Positions 7,524 to 16,243 of a stretch of 45,970 nt of DNA are shown here, piece after piece (position 1 is the first letter of the stretch; the number at the start of each line of letters is the position of its first letter). The stretch covers positions 1 to 45,970 of IMG/VR virus record IMGVR_UViG_2778261461_000002. One strand, given 5' to 3'. The notes below the pieces were generated by a model that worked only from the letters and a program-made list of their open reading frames with translations, had not been told where the DNA came from and searched no databases. Source of the stretch: a virus (lineage: Duplodnaviria > Heunggongvirae > Uroviricota > Caudoviricetes). A program made the position numbers and the translations under genes.

Positions 7524-10241
7524 TTATGTGAGGCGTTGAGTGGTGTTGAAATTGTTGGTCAGAGCGTTGGAGAGTTTGCCTTTTCCGCTGGCGACGTCGC
7601 TGACGGCCATGGAATATCCCTGCTGCGCCCCGCGCTTAACTGCTGCCTCCAGCATGGCAAGCTGCTGCTCTGTCGGGTCCCCGTTTACATGAATGACCGG
7701 GCTGTAATTGAACGCCCCACCACCACCGCCCATATCGCGGTTACTGATGACGCGACCGTTATCGCCGGGGATCATGTACTGGCTACCATTGCTGGCTTTG
7801 AAAATCTCAGGCTTGCCGCCTTCGCCCACACGGTACATGGAGCTGGCTGATACCGGGCCGCCGTTTTCGCGCCCGCCGCCATATGAGATGCTCGCAACGT
7901 TCGACAGCAATGACGCTCCAGCAGAGGCGATGGCTGCATAGTTCGCAAGTTTTTGCGCTGGAGTCAGCGCTGTCGGATCAGCCATGGCCTGCATGATTGC
8001 GGTATTCAGGCTGAGGGTAGACTGGGCAATCGCAAACGCTTTACTGGCTGCGAACATGACCTGGTACGCCGCGTTACTCTTGCCAGCGGAGTCAGCAATT
8101 ATCGAAGCCAGACTATCAAAACCCTGGGACGCAGAGCCCAGAATAGAAAGAACGGATGCTCTTTGCTGATCTGCCTCAGTCTGCGCTATTTGCATGCGTG
8201 CGTTTGACGCCTGCAGTTGGATGACAGTTTTGGCGTCTTCGTAAAGCTGGGTATTTTGCTTATCCAGTTCCTGATATTTAGCTATGGCCTCAAGCTTTTG
8301 TGTTTCCTGGAGATTGATTTGCGCCAGCGGATCCACTGATGCCCCAGTGATAGGGTTGACCGAGGTATTTCCGGCAGCTATCTCCTGTTTGGCATACTTC
8401 TGTCCCTGCTCAGCCTCTTTGCGTTTCTGAATAGAGATTGCAGCCTGTTCGTTTGCCTCCCCAAGCGCCCTCGCTTCCGACAGTTGCTGCTGGGTAGCCG
8501 CACTGCCGAGAGACTGCTCCGCACGAAGTCCCGCCTCCTGGATGCGGCGTTTTTCAACCGACTCGGTGGTCAGGTCTGATTGCTGCCTCAAATTATCAAG
8601 CTTTTGCGCCACCGTTTCTTGCTGATTGGCTAACTTCTTAGCTTCTGACGCAGCGCTACTGGCTCCCTTCTTGCTGTTAGCGTTAGCCTCATCCTGTTTA
8701 TAGGTTGCCAACTTGACGTTGTAGTATTTCCTGAATGCTTCCGTCCCCTCTTTCAGCCCCTGCGTTTCGGCATCTCGCCACGCCTTGGCTTTCATTTGAG
8801 CCTCGCCAGTTTGCCGCGCAATAAACAGCTCCTGCTGAGCGATTTTTAGCGCCTTATCCTGGCTGGAAGTCAGGCTATCAGTCATCTCTTTCAACGCTTT
8901 TAGGCGTGAAGTTGCATCAGTACTTGTCTCCATGATGGTTAAGAGACTTTTGGCATATTCCCTGGCTTTAGCCGCGCCAGAAGATTGCCCACTCCCAACA
9001 TCCTGCAGAGTTACAACCAATGACTTAAGTTTTTCGTCGGTTGGTGTTTTCGCAATGTCAGAGAGTTGCTTAGCAAACTCAAAGGCTTTCTGATCGCTAA
9101 TATCGAATTTGGTAGACAGGGCCGCAACAGTTGCCACCATAGAGTTCATCGTTGACTGACCATCCTGCCCGCTGGCAGCTGCCTGCTTCCATGCCTCACT
9201 GAAATCGTTAGTGGTTATATTTAGCGTGGACAAATAGTCATTAAATAATTTTACGCTGGCATATCCACCGCCAAGCGAAGACATCAATGAATCACCAAAG
9301 CTAATGAAGTCACTCGATGCCTTTTGTACTTCTTTTGAGACGTTTGATAGAGCGGCCTGCAATTCAAGCTCGGCCTGCTTTTTCATCAAGGTTGCTACAG
9401 CAATATTTGTCTGTGCCAGAGCGGCATATTTATCAGAGAGGGCAGCTACGCCATTTTGTGAAACTGTAATAACTTTATCCGTGGTTTCAATTGCGTCCTT
9501 AAGCGCCTCCATGGCGTTTTTACCGCCATTCAGAGACGTAATTAAAGCGCCAGCGATGACGGAGCTAATCGCAATCACCGATCCAAGTACCGCCCCACCT
9601 GGTCCGAACGCTCCCGCCAATTGCGAGCCCTGCTGAGAGAATGCAACTAGCGCAGATTGCCCACCCTGCACCTGAATGATGAAGTCCTGAACTTGGTATC
9701 CAGCCTGCTGCATACTGTTTTTCCAGTTGCCATGGCCTTTTGTGCCAGTATCACTGGCAGCCTTCATATCAAACAGGCGACCGGTTAGTTCACCGATTTT
9801 TTGCTTTTCTTCATCAGATGCTTTAGAACCAGCGCGAAGTTGAGCGGCAAGGATAGCGGCGCTACGTGCGCCGTTCTCCTGCGCCTCATCCAGTATCGCT
9901 AACTGGTTGCCAAGCCCCTCAATAATGGCCTCTGCCCGGCTAAACTCAGATCCCGCGCCACTGGTATTATTCTTGGCTTCCAGCATAGCCTTGGCGATTG
10001 CTGTTACGCTTGTGTTCAGGGTTTTGAGAGAGCTGTCCATCGAGCGGGAGTAGGCCGCCATGGCATCGATGGATTTACCGGTTTGCAGGGTGTTTTGGTC
10101 GAGGCTATCCAGAGTTTTGCTGGTTCCCTGGATCGTCCCTTCCATCATTTTCAGTGCAGCTACTACTTCTTTTGCCCCGTCCAGCATGGGCTGAACATCA
10201 GCATCAATCTGGATCTCTACTCCACCAACCTGTTCAGTCAT
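7524..10241 (-). CDS. tail tape measure protein
   Basis: 905 aa, long Ala/Gln/Glu/Lys-rich coiled-coil-like central region, Gly-rich C-terminus; position upstream of distal tail genes. Confidence 0.85.
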   Translation of the reverse strand: MTEQVGGVEIQIDADVQPMLDGAKEVVAALKMMEGTIQGTSKTLDSLDQNTLQTGKSIDAMAAYSRSMDSSLKTLNTSVTAIAKAMLEAKNNTSGAGSEFSRAEAIIEGLGNQLAILDEAQENGARSAAILAAQLRAGSKASDEEKQKIGELTGRLFDMKAASDTGTKGHGNWKNSMQQAGYQVQDFIIQVQGGQSALVAFSQQGSQLAGAFGPGGAVLGSVIAISSVIAGALITSLNGGKNAMEALKDAIETTDKVITVSQNGVAALSDKYAALAQTNIAVATLMKKQAELELQAALSNVSKEVQKASSDFISFGDSLMSSLGGGYASVKLFNDYLSTLNITTNDFSEAWKQAAASGQDGQSTMNSMVATVAALSTKFDISDQKAFEFAKQLSDIAKTPTDEKLKSLVVTLQDVGSGQSSGAAKAREYAKSLLTIMETSTDATSRLKALKEMTDSLTSSQDKALKIAQQELFIARQTGEAQMKAKAWRDAETQGLKEGTEAFRKYYNVKLATYKQDEANANSKKGASSAASEAKKLANQQETVAQKLDNLRQQSDLTTESVEKRRIQEAGLRAEQSLGSAATQQQLSEARALGEANEQAAISIQKRKEAEQGQKYAKQEIAAGNTSVNPITGASVDPLAQINLQETQKLEAIAKYQELDKQNTQLYEDAKTVIQLQASNARMQIAQTEADQQRASVLSILGSASQGFDSLASIIADSAGKSNAAYQVMFAASKAFAIAQSTLSLNTAIMQAMADPTALTPAQKLANYAAIASAGASLLSNVASISYGGGRENGGPVSASSMYRVGEGGKPEIFKASNGSQYMIPGDNGRVISNRDMGGGGGAFNYSPVIHVNGDPTEQQLAMLEAAVKRGAQQGYSMAVSDVASGKGKLSNALTNNFNTTQRLT

Positions 10242-10255
10242 TACTATTCTCCGGG

Positions 10256-10288
10256 CAATAAAAAACCCACCGATGGTGGGTTTTTATA
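10256..10288. terminator. bidirectional rho-independent terminator
   Basis: a-run, hairpin cccacc-gatg-gtgggt, t-run; sits between lipoprotein gene stop (10296) and tape measure start (10241). Confidence 0.6.
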
Positions 10289-10295
10289 AAATCAT

Positions 10296-10769
10296 TTACC
10301 GACACAACCTTGACTCAATTTCCAGTTGCTTATCCAGCATTTTCAACAAACTGCGCGTACTATCGCTCTTATCAGTTAAGAGAACTGGTTCTTTAGATTT
10401 CTTAATAAAAACATGCTTGCTATCACCATCGGTATATACGAATCTACCGCCTATTCTACTTATGTCAGTATGCCCAGAAACTATCCCACAGACAGTATTG
10501 AATTTCTCATGTTGGAAAACTTTTACATCAGTAAATTCAAGCCCTAACGATGGGTTAAAGTTTGTATCACAGTTAATAACAGCGGACCCCTTTTTGGCGT
10601 AACCGCTGCTTTCAAGAATTTTCCACCTGTCACAATCGCCCGGCTTATATTTCTGCATAAGCTCGTTCTTGACGGCTTCTTTCGCCTCATCAATGATCTG
10701 CGCATCAGTTTTTTTATCGCATCCGAATAACAAAACGCAGCAACCGGCAGTTAATAATGCCTTTCTCAT
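10296..10769 (-). CDS. lipoprotein (157 aa from internal Met; ORF track extends to 10853)
   Basis: MRKALLTAGCCVLLFGC: signal peptide with lipobox-like LFGC; AT-rich gene; start 10769 verified as ATG. Confidence 0.6.
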   Translation of the reverse strand: MRKALLTAGCCVLLFGCDKKTDAQIIDEAKEAVKNELMQKYKPGDCDRWKILESSGYAKKGSAVINCDTNFNPSLGLEFTDVKVFQHEKFNTVCGIVSGHTDISRIGGRFVYTDGDSKHVFIKKSKEPVLLTDKSDSTRSLLKMLDKQLEIESRLCR

Positions 10770-10879
10770 ATCCCTATCCCCTTGGTAAAAGTGGAAACAT
10801 CCTACCCAGGAATAGCACAGGCGCAACGGCAAACGCTGATTTATTGATCTCAAGAGGCTAGCGCCGGAAAAACCCGCAG

Positions 10880-11458
10880 TTAGGCAGGGTCGTGATCCGG
10901 TAGATTAATGGCGCTATTTTCGAACAGCCTGATCAGGTCGGTGGATGAAATCTCTATGCGTTGACCGACAAAATTTGCCCTCGCCATAACAAATTTGGCT
11001 ACCAAGGTGATGAAGTCATAATGCATTTCGATCATGAGCTGAACGTCGCAAATAACAGGCTGAAACTCTTCATCCCACTCTCCCTTTGTGTCGAGGCAGT
11101 TGTAGTAAAAGAAGTAGATTTCTTCAGCTTTCCAGAAATCAGAATAAGCACCGCCGCCACGCTTCATATCACGCATTATGGATTCGTGATCAAAGTCTTT
11201 TCCGTCAAAGTGCTCTGCATATACGCCACTGTAGAGAATTTTTACCCTGCCTCTTGCGTAATCTCGGACATCCTCAATGCTGCTTAAATCGACTTTGTGA
11301 CTTGTTTCTGAATAACCCATGTGATCTTTAGCATGAGACGGCACTCTCAAGCCTATACCTCTTGGGTTCCAGCCTAATTTAAACGCCGCAAGCCAGTGAC
11401 CGGCTTCATGTTTAGCTATATGACCTGCCGCTGTCACGAAATCATATTCGTTAATCAT
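10880..11458 (-). CDS. standalone FtsH-like (peptidase M41) Zn-metallopeptidase domain protein
   Basis: 192 aa; HEAGHWLAA near N-terminus plus ILYSGVYAEH and GGGAYSDFWKAEEI resembling FtsH blocks YHEAGHA, LYGGRLAEEI and TGASNDIKVAT; no AAA+ or TM segments. Confidence 0.55.
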   Translation of the reverse strand: MINEYDFVTAAGHIAKHEAGHWLAAFKLGWNPRGIGLRVPSHAKDHMGYSETSHKVDLSSIEDVRDYARGRVKILYSGVYAEHFDGKDFDHESIMRDMKRGGGAYSDFWKAEEIYFFYYNCLDTKGEWDEEFQPVICDVQLMIEMHYDFITLVAKFVMARANFVGQRIEISSTDLIRLFENSAINLPDHDPA

Positions 11459-11745
11459 TTTCGCATCCTATTGAAAGGTATGCGCATATGATAATTCACT
11501 CCGAGATGGAATTGATCGAGTTGATTTCATTAACAAAAATCAATCTACTAAAACCTATTCGAGTAGAAATTTTTTCCTCTAGCATTGAATTATCAAGAAA
11601 AACATCATTACACTCTATGGTCTCTTCTCTCGGCGCTTCGCTTGGGAATGGTATCAAATTGTTAATGGTTAATGTTTGCTTAGGTTTCACCGCCCTCTCC
11701 CCGAGATAAGAGATCTAAAGCCCACCTGAGTGGGCCTTGCCACCT

Positions 11746-12309
11746 TCACGCGATGCCTGGCAGGTACATCTGAACTTCATCGGCGACGCGATCTCTTGCT
11801 GCGTGCAATAGCTGCTTACGACCACCGACACCCCACCGGGCCATCTGGCTGGCGCACTTGCTGATCTCTTTCGATTCGGTGTTGATGATGTGGTCGATTT
11901 TGTTCAGGCGAGACATGGCACTAATGCCGAGGCGAACCACCGTTCGGAACACCTCATATACTTCAATCTCAAATTCCGGCTTAATCCATGCGGCATAACG
12001 GATCGCCAACAGTTCAACACCCCAAACGCCTGGTTCATCCCCACCTTTAATAACATTAAGTGGTTGAATTTGTTCCAGAGTGCTTTTTTGCACTTTGGCT
12101 TTTAGTGCTTTTATGAAGCGCTTAACTTGAGCACTACGCAAAAACTGACTTGGGCGCTGCTGTTCTGTTGCCTCTCCGTTTGCCACTGCGGCTGCATGAA
12201 GATCATTAAGGTTATAGCGCCCTTCGTCATCAACGCGAACGGAAACGCCGTTTACTGATACGGTTGGATATTTCATTGCGATTTGCCTATAGAAAGCAGA
12301 GCCTGTCAC
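11746..12309 (-). CDS. KilA-N domain protein (176 aa if start at 12276)
   Basis: N-terminal block YPTVSVNGVSVRVDDEGRYNLNDLHAAA resembles KilA-N domains of phage antirepressor/Kil-type proteins. Confidence 0.45.
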   Translation of the reverse strand: MTGSAFYRQIAMKYPTVSVNGVSVRVDDEGRYNLNDLHAAAVANGEATEQQRPSQFLRSAQVKRFIKALKAKVQKSTLEQIQPLNVIKGGDEPGVWGVELLAIRYAAWIKPEFEIEVYEVFRTVVRLGISAMSRLNKIDHIINTESKEISKCASQMARWGVGGRKQLLHAARDRVADEVQMYLPGIA

Positions 12310-12426
12310 ACAGAGAAGCCGCCTCCTAGAGAGGTCGCCACCTATAACGGCAACTCTCAGGCTCGCTTACTGTAGGCTCTAGGATTATACAATGCGCGTG
12401 TGAAGCGCGGTTGATTTACTGCGGGT

Positions 12427-12456
12427 ACAAAAAAGCCCCGGACAATGCCGAGGCTT
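12427..12456 (-). terminator. rho-independent terminator after tail chaperone gene
   Basis: minus-strand hairpin gcctcgg-cattgt-ccggggc (one G-U pair) followed by U-run. Confidence 0.5.
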
Positions 12457-12471
12457 GATTATTTGGGTGGG

Positions 12472-13143
12472 CTACTTCTGCTGTTCTCGCTCTATCATTT
12501 CCTGCCAGCGACGGTCGTCTTCGTCCATAACTTGATCGTACTCTTCCCGCGTCAGCCCCTTCTGGTTCGGGTATTTCGCGTTGAGCAGGAGCGCAAATTC
12601 GGTCATGGTTAAGTTGGCAGCATCTTCGCGTGACATGTCGAAGTGGATCTGTGCTGCATTGATGTATTCCAGAGCATTGAATGCTGGAGTGGTGTCGTTG
12701 CTCTCATGACGCTGCAGCTTCCTTACCTTGGCCCTGCCGATGATTCCATGGGTCATCAAGCTCTGGGCGATCAGGATAATGTCGTTTCTGCTAAGTGAGC
12801 CTGGTTCATATGCTATTCCATTGGGCGCTTCGACCCATTTACCCGTCATCGCTGATAAGTCTTCATCACAGCACGCCTGCATCACGTGAATGGAGGCCGT
12901 AAGGATGCGATCAGCAATACGGTCAAAGGATGTTGATAGCCAGGCAGGAAAGCTGCCCAACGCTGCGCACGCTGTTATCAAGCCCTGGACTTCCCCGCCA
13001 TGAATCAAAGCGTAAACGCTGACTATTTCAGCCGGAGAGCCAATCCTGTTCATTGCAAGAAATGAGGGGCGAAGGAAAAACTCACTACCAGCCTCCATTC
13101 TGTCCGTCAGGACAACTTCGCCTATATCAGTTAGTGGGATCAT
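12472..13143 (-). CDS. tail assembly chaperone (gpG/GT-position)
   Basis: 223 aa, acidic C-terminus; located between major tail protein and tape measure module. Confidence 0.45.
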   Translation of the reverse strand: MIPLTDIGEVVLTDRMEAGSEFFLRPSFLAMNRIGSPAEIVSVYALIHGGEVQGLITACAALGSFPAWLSTSFDRIADRILTASIHVMQACCDEDLSAMTGKWVEAPNGIAYEPGSLSRNDIILIAQSLMTHGIIGRAKVRKLQRHESNDTTPAFNALEYINAAQIHFDMSREDAANLTMTEFALLLNAKYPNQKGLTREEYDQVMDEDDRRWQEMIEREQQK

Positions 13144-13199
13144 CTCAGCTCCTCAATGGTCATTATCAAGGGCAGCCAGGCCGCCCTTTGTAATGCTCA

Positions 13200-13964
13200 T
13201 TAGCTGACAGTGACAACGCAGGCCGTTGACGTAATCTTTACCGGTGTAGTGGAAGAGTCGGTAACTTCACAGGTATAAGAGCCAGCGTCACCCGACGCGG
13301 CAGAGGACTTGTTAAATGTCGCCGTAGTCTGTCCGCTCACCACTGTGCCGTCTTTCTTCCAGACGTAGGTGTAAGGCGTTTTACCGCCGGTTGCGGCCAC
13401 TGTCATAGAAAGCGCCGAGCCGGTTGTGACGGTCTTGGTTGGCGTCAGGTTTGTACTGAACACCAGAGGCTCTGGAGCAACCTCGAACACAACCGTGTCA
13501 GCATCTGCCACCTTCCACTCGCCAGAGAAGGTGGAGATGTCGCTGGTACCGAAGTCGCCAGACCATGAGGTGGTGTTGAAATACCCCATGATATAGGTGC
13601 CCGCATCTTCCCCAGCGAAGTCGAAGCGAACCCAGATCGTCGGCTGTCGCCCGGCCTGGATCTCGTCGAAGATGTATTTCGACATGCGGAAGGCACCAAT
13701 CTCGTTTGCCTTGTCGTTTTTACGGAACTCGCCATCGCCGGAAATGGTCAGGTCCATACTGGTGACCAGGTTCTCAACGAGACCTTTTGAGTCGTCGGCT
13801 TCCGAGTTCGTGGTATTCATTGAGTAGTCGATGCCTTTAGTGGTCATCGCACCCAGCTTTTTCCAGTCGGTCAGCAGCGGGACTGCATCCGGGCAGCCAA
13901 AGGCCATGCGGACAACCGCCACCTTCCCGATCAGCTTGCCGTAATCATTTGCACAGCCTTGCAT
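13200..13964 (-). CDS. major tail protein with C-terminal Ig-like domain
   Basis: 254 aa; C-terminal 80 aa Thr/Ser-rich beta-strand pattern (TYVWKKDGTVVSGQTTATF, SYTCEVTD) typical of Ig-like domains on major tail proteins. Confidence 0.65.
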   Translation of the reverse strand: MQGCANDYGKLIGKVAVVRMAFGCPDAVPLLTDWKKLGAMTTKGIDYSMNTTNSEADDSKGLVENLVTSMDLTISGDGEFRKNDKANEIGAFRMSKYIFDEIQAGRQPTIWVRFDFAGEDAGTYIMGYFNTTSWSGDFGTSDISTFSGEWKVADADTVVFEVAPEPLVFSTNLTPTKTVTTGSALSMTVAATGGKTPYTYVWKKDGTVVSGQTTATFNKSSAASGDAGSYTCEVTDSSTTPVKITSTACVVTVS

Positions 13965-14023
13965 GTGTTACCTCTCAAAATAAAAAGGCCGCCATAAGGC
14001 AGCCTGGATGGTGTGAGTTGAAT

Positions 14024-14404
14024 TTAATCGCCGTAGACGCAGCGGAATCGCAGCGGAAAGACTGCGCGCCCCTCAGCCGTCTGCATGGGCTGGGGCATAC
14101 CGTAGGATTCGATATAGCCAATGCACGGGTCAGAAACAGGATTATCCTGCACATAATCAATAATGCGCATGGCGGCATTACTGGTGTAGTTGTCTTTATT
14201 GATGGCCCCGATCACATCCAGTTGAACGATGTAAGCGCCGCCTTCATCCTGTCGCAGTATTCCGCCGCCGCCTGGCTTGAAGACCATGAAAGCATCAGTC
14301 TTATTGCCGCTGTCATCCCAGAATAAGCCTTGACAGATAAATCCTGCCGTCAGACCAGCCGCTTCCAGCATTGAACGAACTCGCGCCGCCATAGATGGGG
14401 TCAT
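14024..14404 (-). CDS. tail terminator / tail completion protein (positional)
   Basis: 126 aa; gene order between head-tail genes and major tail protein. Confidence 0.35.
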   Translation of the reverse strand: MTPSMAARVRSMLEAAGLTAGFICQGLFWDDSGNKTDAFMVFKPGGGGILRQDEGGAYIVQLDVIGAINKDNYTSNAAMRIIDYVQDNPVSDPCIGYIESYGMPQPMQTAEGRAVFPLRFRCVYGD

Positions 14405-14841
14405 TTCTTCATACCTTTAGCCATGAGTTCAGGGATGCGCGGCTTAACCTGATCCAGCCCTTTTTTGAGGAACTGCGGCTCACCGCCCGGCCCCCAGTAG
14501 ACACCAGTTTCAGTACTGCCGCCGAACTGCTTGCCCGCGCGCGTAGTACCAAAGTGCGCTCGAGGCTGGCCCTTCAACTTGCCTGGTGCGTCATGGACAT
14601 AGGCCGCATAAGCAGCAGAGAAACCCACCTTCGCGGTAATGCGCCCGCCGCTGCCATCGAAGTCAATGTAGCGCGAGTTAACCAGGGTCGATGTGTCGAT
14701 AGGGGTGATGACTGAGGCGGACTCCAGCACCTGCTCAGAGACGATGTATAGCGCCCTGATGATACGAACACCCTGGACGTCACCAATCAGCCGGTTCACT
14801 TTGGCAATGGTCTGGTCGATCCCCTTTACCTTGATGCCCAT
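14401..14841 (-). CDS. tail completion / neck protein (positional)
   Basis: 146 aa; 4-nt overlap coupling with neighbours. Confidence 0.35.
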   Translation of the reverse strand: MGIKVKGIDQTIAKVNRLIGDVQGVRIIRALYIVSEQVLESASVITPIDTSTLVNSRYIDFDGSGGRITAKVGFSAAYAAYVHDAPGKLKGQPRAHFGTTRAGKQFGGSTETGVYWGPGGEPQFLKKGLDQVKPRIPELMAKGMKK

Positions 14842-14843
14842 GG

Positions 14844-15200
14844 CTACACTCCCGTCAGGATGGCGAAATCGTCCGCCACCCGATCGAAAGTGTCGGCGTA
14901 GCGGATAACCTGCCGCACCTCGTCAGCGCCAGCTGCAACCGGATCCGCGTCGCTGGATTCGCCAATCAGCAGGTAATCACCGGCGTCGGCCAGGGCGTAC
15001 TCCGTCCAGACGGTATTCTTCACGACGATTTCAGCGCCCAGGCTGCCGATGCGCTTTGACAGCCCGCCTTCATAATCGACCATGATGACTACCGGCGAGT
15101 CATAGCCGTTTATGGGATCGCCGTTTTCGTCCCTGCCGCCTGCACCTTTGCGCCAGATAGTGGCCTTTGCGGTGTAGGACCAGTTTGCAACACTGCTCAT
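14844..15200 (-). CDS. head-tail adaptor / head closure protein (positional)
   Basis: 118 aa; position downstream of capsid genes. Confidence 0.35.
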   Translation of the reverse strand: MSSVANWSYTAKATIWRKGAGGRDENGDPINGYDSPVVIMVDYEGGLSKRIGSLGAEIVVKNTVWTEYALADAGDYLLIGESSDADPVAAGADEVRQVIRYADTFDRVADDFAILTGV

Positions 15201-15430
15201 AGCGTGAAGACCTCGACCTTCTCAGTGATTTTGAAATCAGCAAGAGGCTGCATCGCTCCTGACTGGCTGGCGAGGCGTTTAGCATCAGCCTGTTTAAGAA
15301 AGTCAGTTTTGGCTTGCTCGTAGCTATCCGCATGGCGGCCAATGAACTTAACGCCTGTGTCATTTATCCAGATGAACAGCGACCAGTTGTCTTCGCACTT
15401 AAACGCATGCACATCGTATCGTTCAGCCAT
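15197..15430 (-). CDS. hypothetical head-tail module protein
   Basis: 77 aa; translationally coupled (overlapping stop/start). Confidence 0.3.
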   Translation of the reverse strand: MAERYDVHAFKCEDNWSLFIWINDTGVKFIGRHADSYEQAKTDFLKQADAKRLASQSGAMQPLADFKITEKVEVFTL

Positions 15431-15596
15431 CTTTCCACCTCAGCACCTTAGCGCCCGTAGCGCGAATCCGCGGACAGTTGATGAACCACTCCCCATCCGA
15501 TTTGACGTAGCCGGTAGTCTCTCGCCCGGTGTCTGTCATCACCCAGACGCGGGTGAATGAACGCGGCAGCCGGACGCTTACGGATGTCCAGGTCAT
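15423..15596 (-). CDS. possible small coupled ORF (57 aa) missed by the 60-aa ORF track
   Basis: ATG shares a base with the upstream gene stop (TGATG) and its stop overlaps the downstream start; fills an otherwise gene-free 165-nt gap; GC-rich so could be spurious. Confidence 0.25.
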   Translation of the reverse strand: MTWTSVSVRLPRSFTRVWVMTDTGRETTGYVKSDGEWFINCPRIRATGAKVLRWKDG

Positions 15597-15979
15597 CAGC
15601 AGCCCCCGACGACGAGGAATAGGCCGACCTTCTGCCCGACATCGATCGGTAGCTCAGACGTACAGCCAGACGTATCCAGCGCCAGCAGAGCATCACGCAT
15701 GTTGAGCACGCTGTCGCTGTAGTCGAACGACCGGGACGCACCGGACGGAGCACCCTGCGACTTGATGCGTTGCGTATAGGCCGTCAGGGCCATCAGCGTG
15801 ACAGCGTAGACCTGAATCAGCACCAGATCGCAATCGTCGTAACCAGCACCGACCAGACAGGGCTCAATCTTCGCCATCTTGCATAGGTAGGCATCAATCA
15901 TGAAGTCAGGGACGGTGGTATAGCCGAGCGCAGACAACTGCTGTTTAACCTGCGCCGCTGTTATCTGCACTACTGCCAT
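15596..15979 (-). CDS. head-tail connector / head completion protein (positional)
   Basis: 127 aa; immediately downstream of capsid genes. Confidence 0.35.
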   Translation of the reverse strand: MAVVQITAAQVKQQLSALGYTTVPDFMIDAYLCKMAKIEPCLVGAGYDDCDLVLIQVYAVTLMALTAYTQRIKSQGAPSGASRSFDYSDSVLNMRDALLALDTSGCTSELPIDVGQKVGLFLVVGGC

Positions 15980-15981
15980 GG

Positions 15982-16233
15982 TTATTTGCCCTTCTTCTTG
16001 CTGGAAGTGTCTGCCTGCTCTGCCTGCTCTGCCTGCTCTGCCTGCTCTGCAGGAGTATCGCCCGGCGTGGCGACTTCAAGCTTGCGATCACCACCGGATA
16101 CGATTTCCACCAGGCCAGCTGCTTTCCACTTATTCGCGGTTTCTTCGCTGACTTCCACCTTTGCACCAACCTCCAGTTTCTGGAGATTGGCACCGGAGAA
16201 AAGGTTATCGCTAATCACTTTTACCAGTGCCAT
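15982..16233 (-). CDS. small head protein with (AEQ)4 repeat
   Basis: 83 aa; contains AEQAEQAEQAEQ encoded by a 9-bp tandem repeat; adjacent to major capsid gene. Confidence 0.45.
   Translation of the reverse strand: MALVKVISDNLFSGANLQKLEVGAKVEVSEETANKWKAAGLVEIVSGGDRKLEVATPGDTPAEQAEQAEQAEQADTSSKKKGK
16012..16047. repeat. 9-bp tandem repeat tgcctgctc x4
   Basis: four perfect head-to-tail copies read directly in the sequence, in-frame within the 83-aa gene. Confidence 0.9.
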
Positions 16234-16243
16234 ATCTCACCCC

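Noticed and set aside
11488-11709. 73-aa plus-strand and 64-aa minus-strand ORFs in the AT-rich spacer of the tail-module island
   Set aside because: Mutually overlapping on opposite strands in a very AT-rich stretch that more likely carries the promoter of the FtsH-like gene; neither could be preferred from sequence alone
12472-13143. Programmed -1 frameshift (G/GT-type) in the tail chaperone gene
   Set aside because: Expected for lambda-like chaperones, but no convincing slippery heptamer plus downstream ORF could be identified by eye; left as untested
15448-15753. 101-aa minus-strand ORF
   Set aside because: Overlaps the 127-aa head-tail gene in a different frame and is Arg-rich; a 57-aa coupled ORF in the remaining frame explains the gap better
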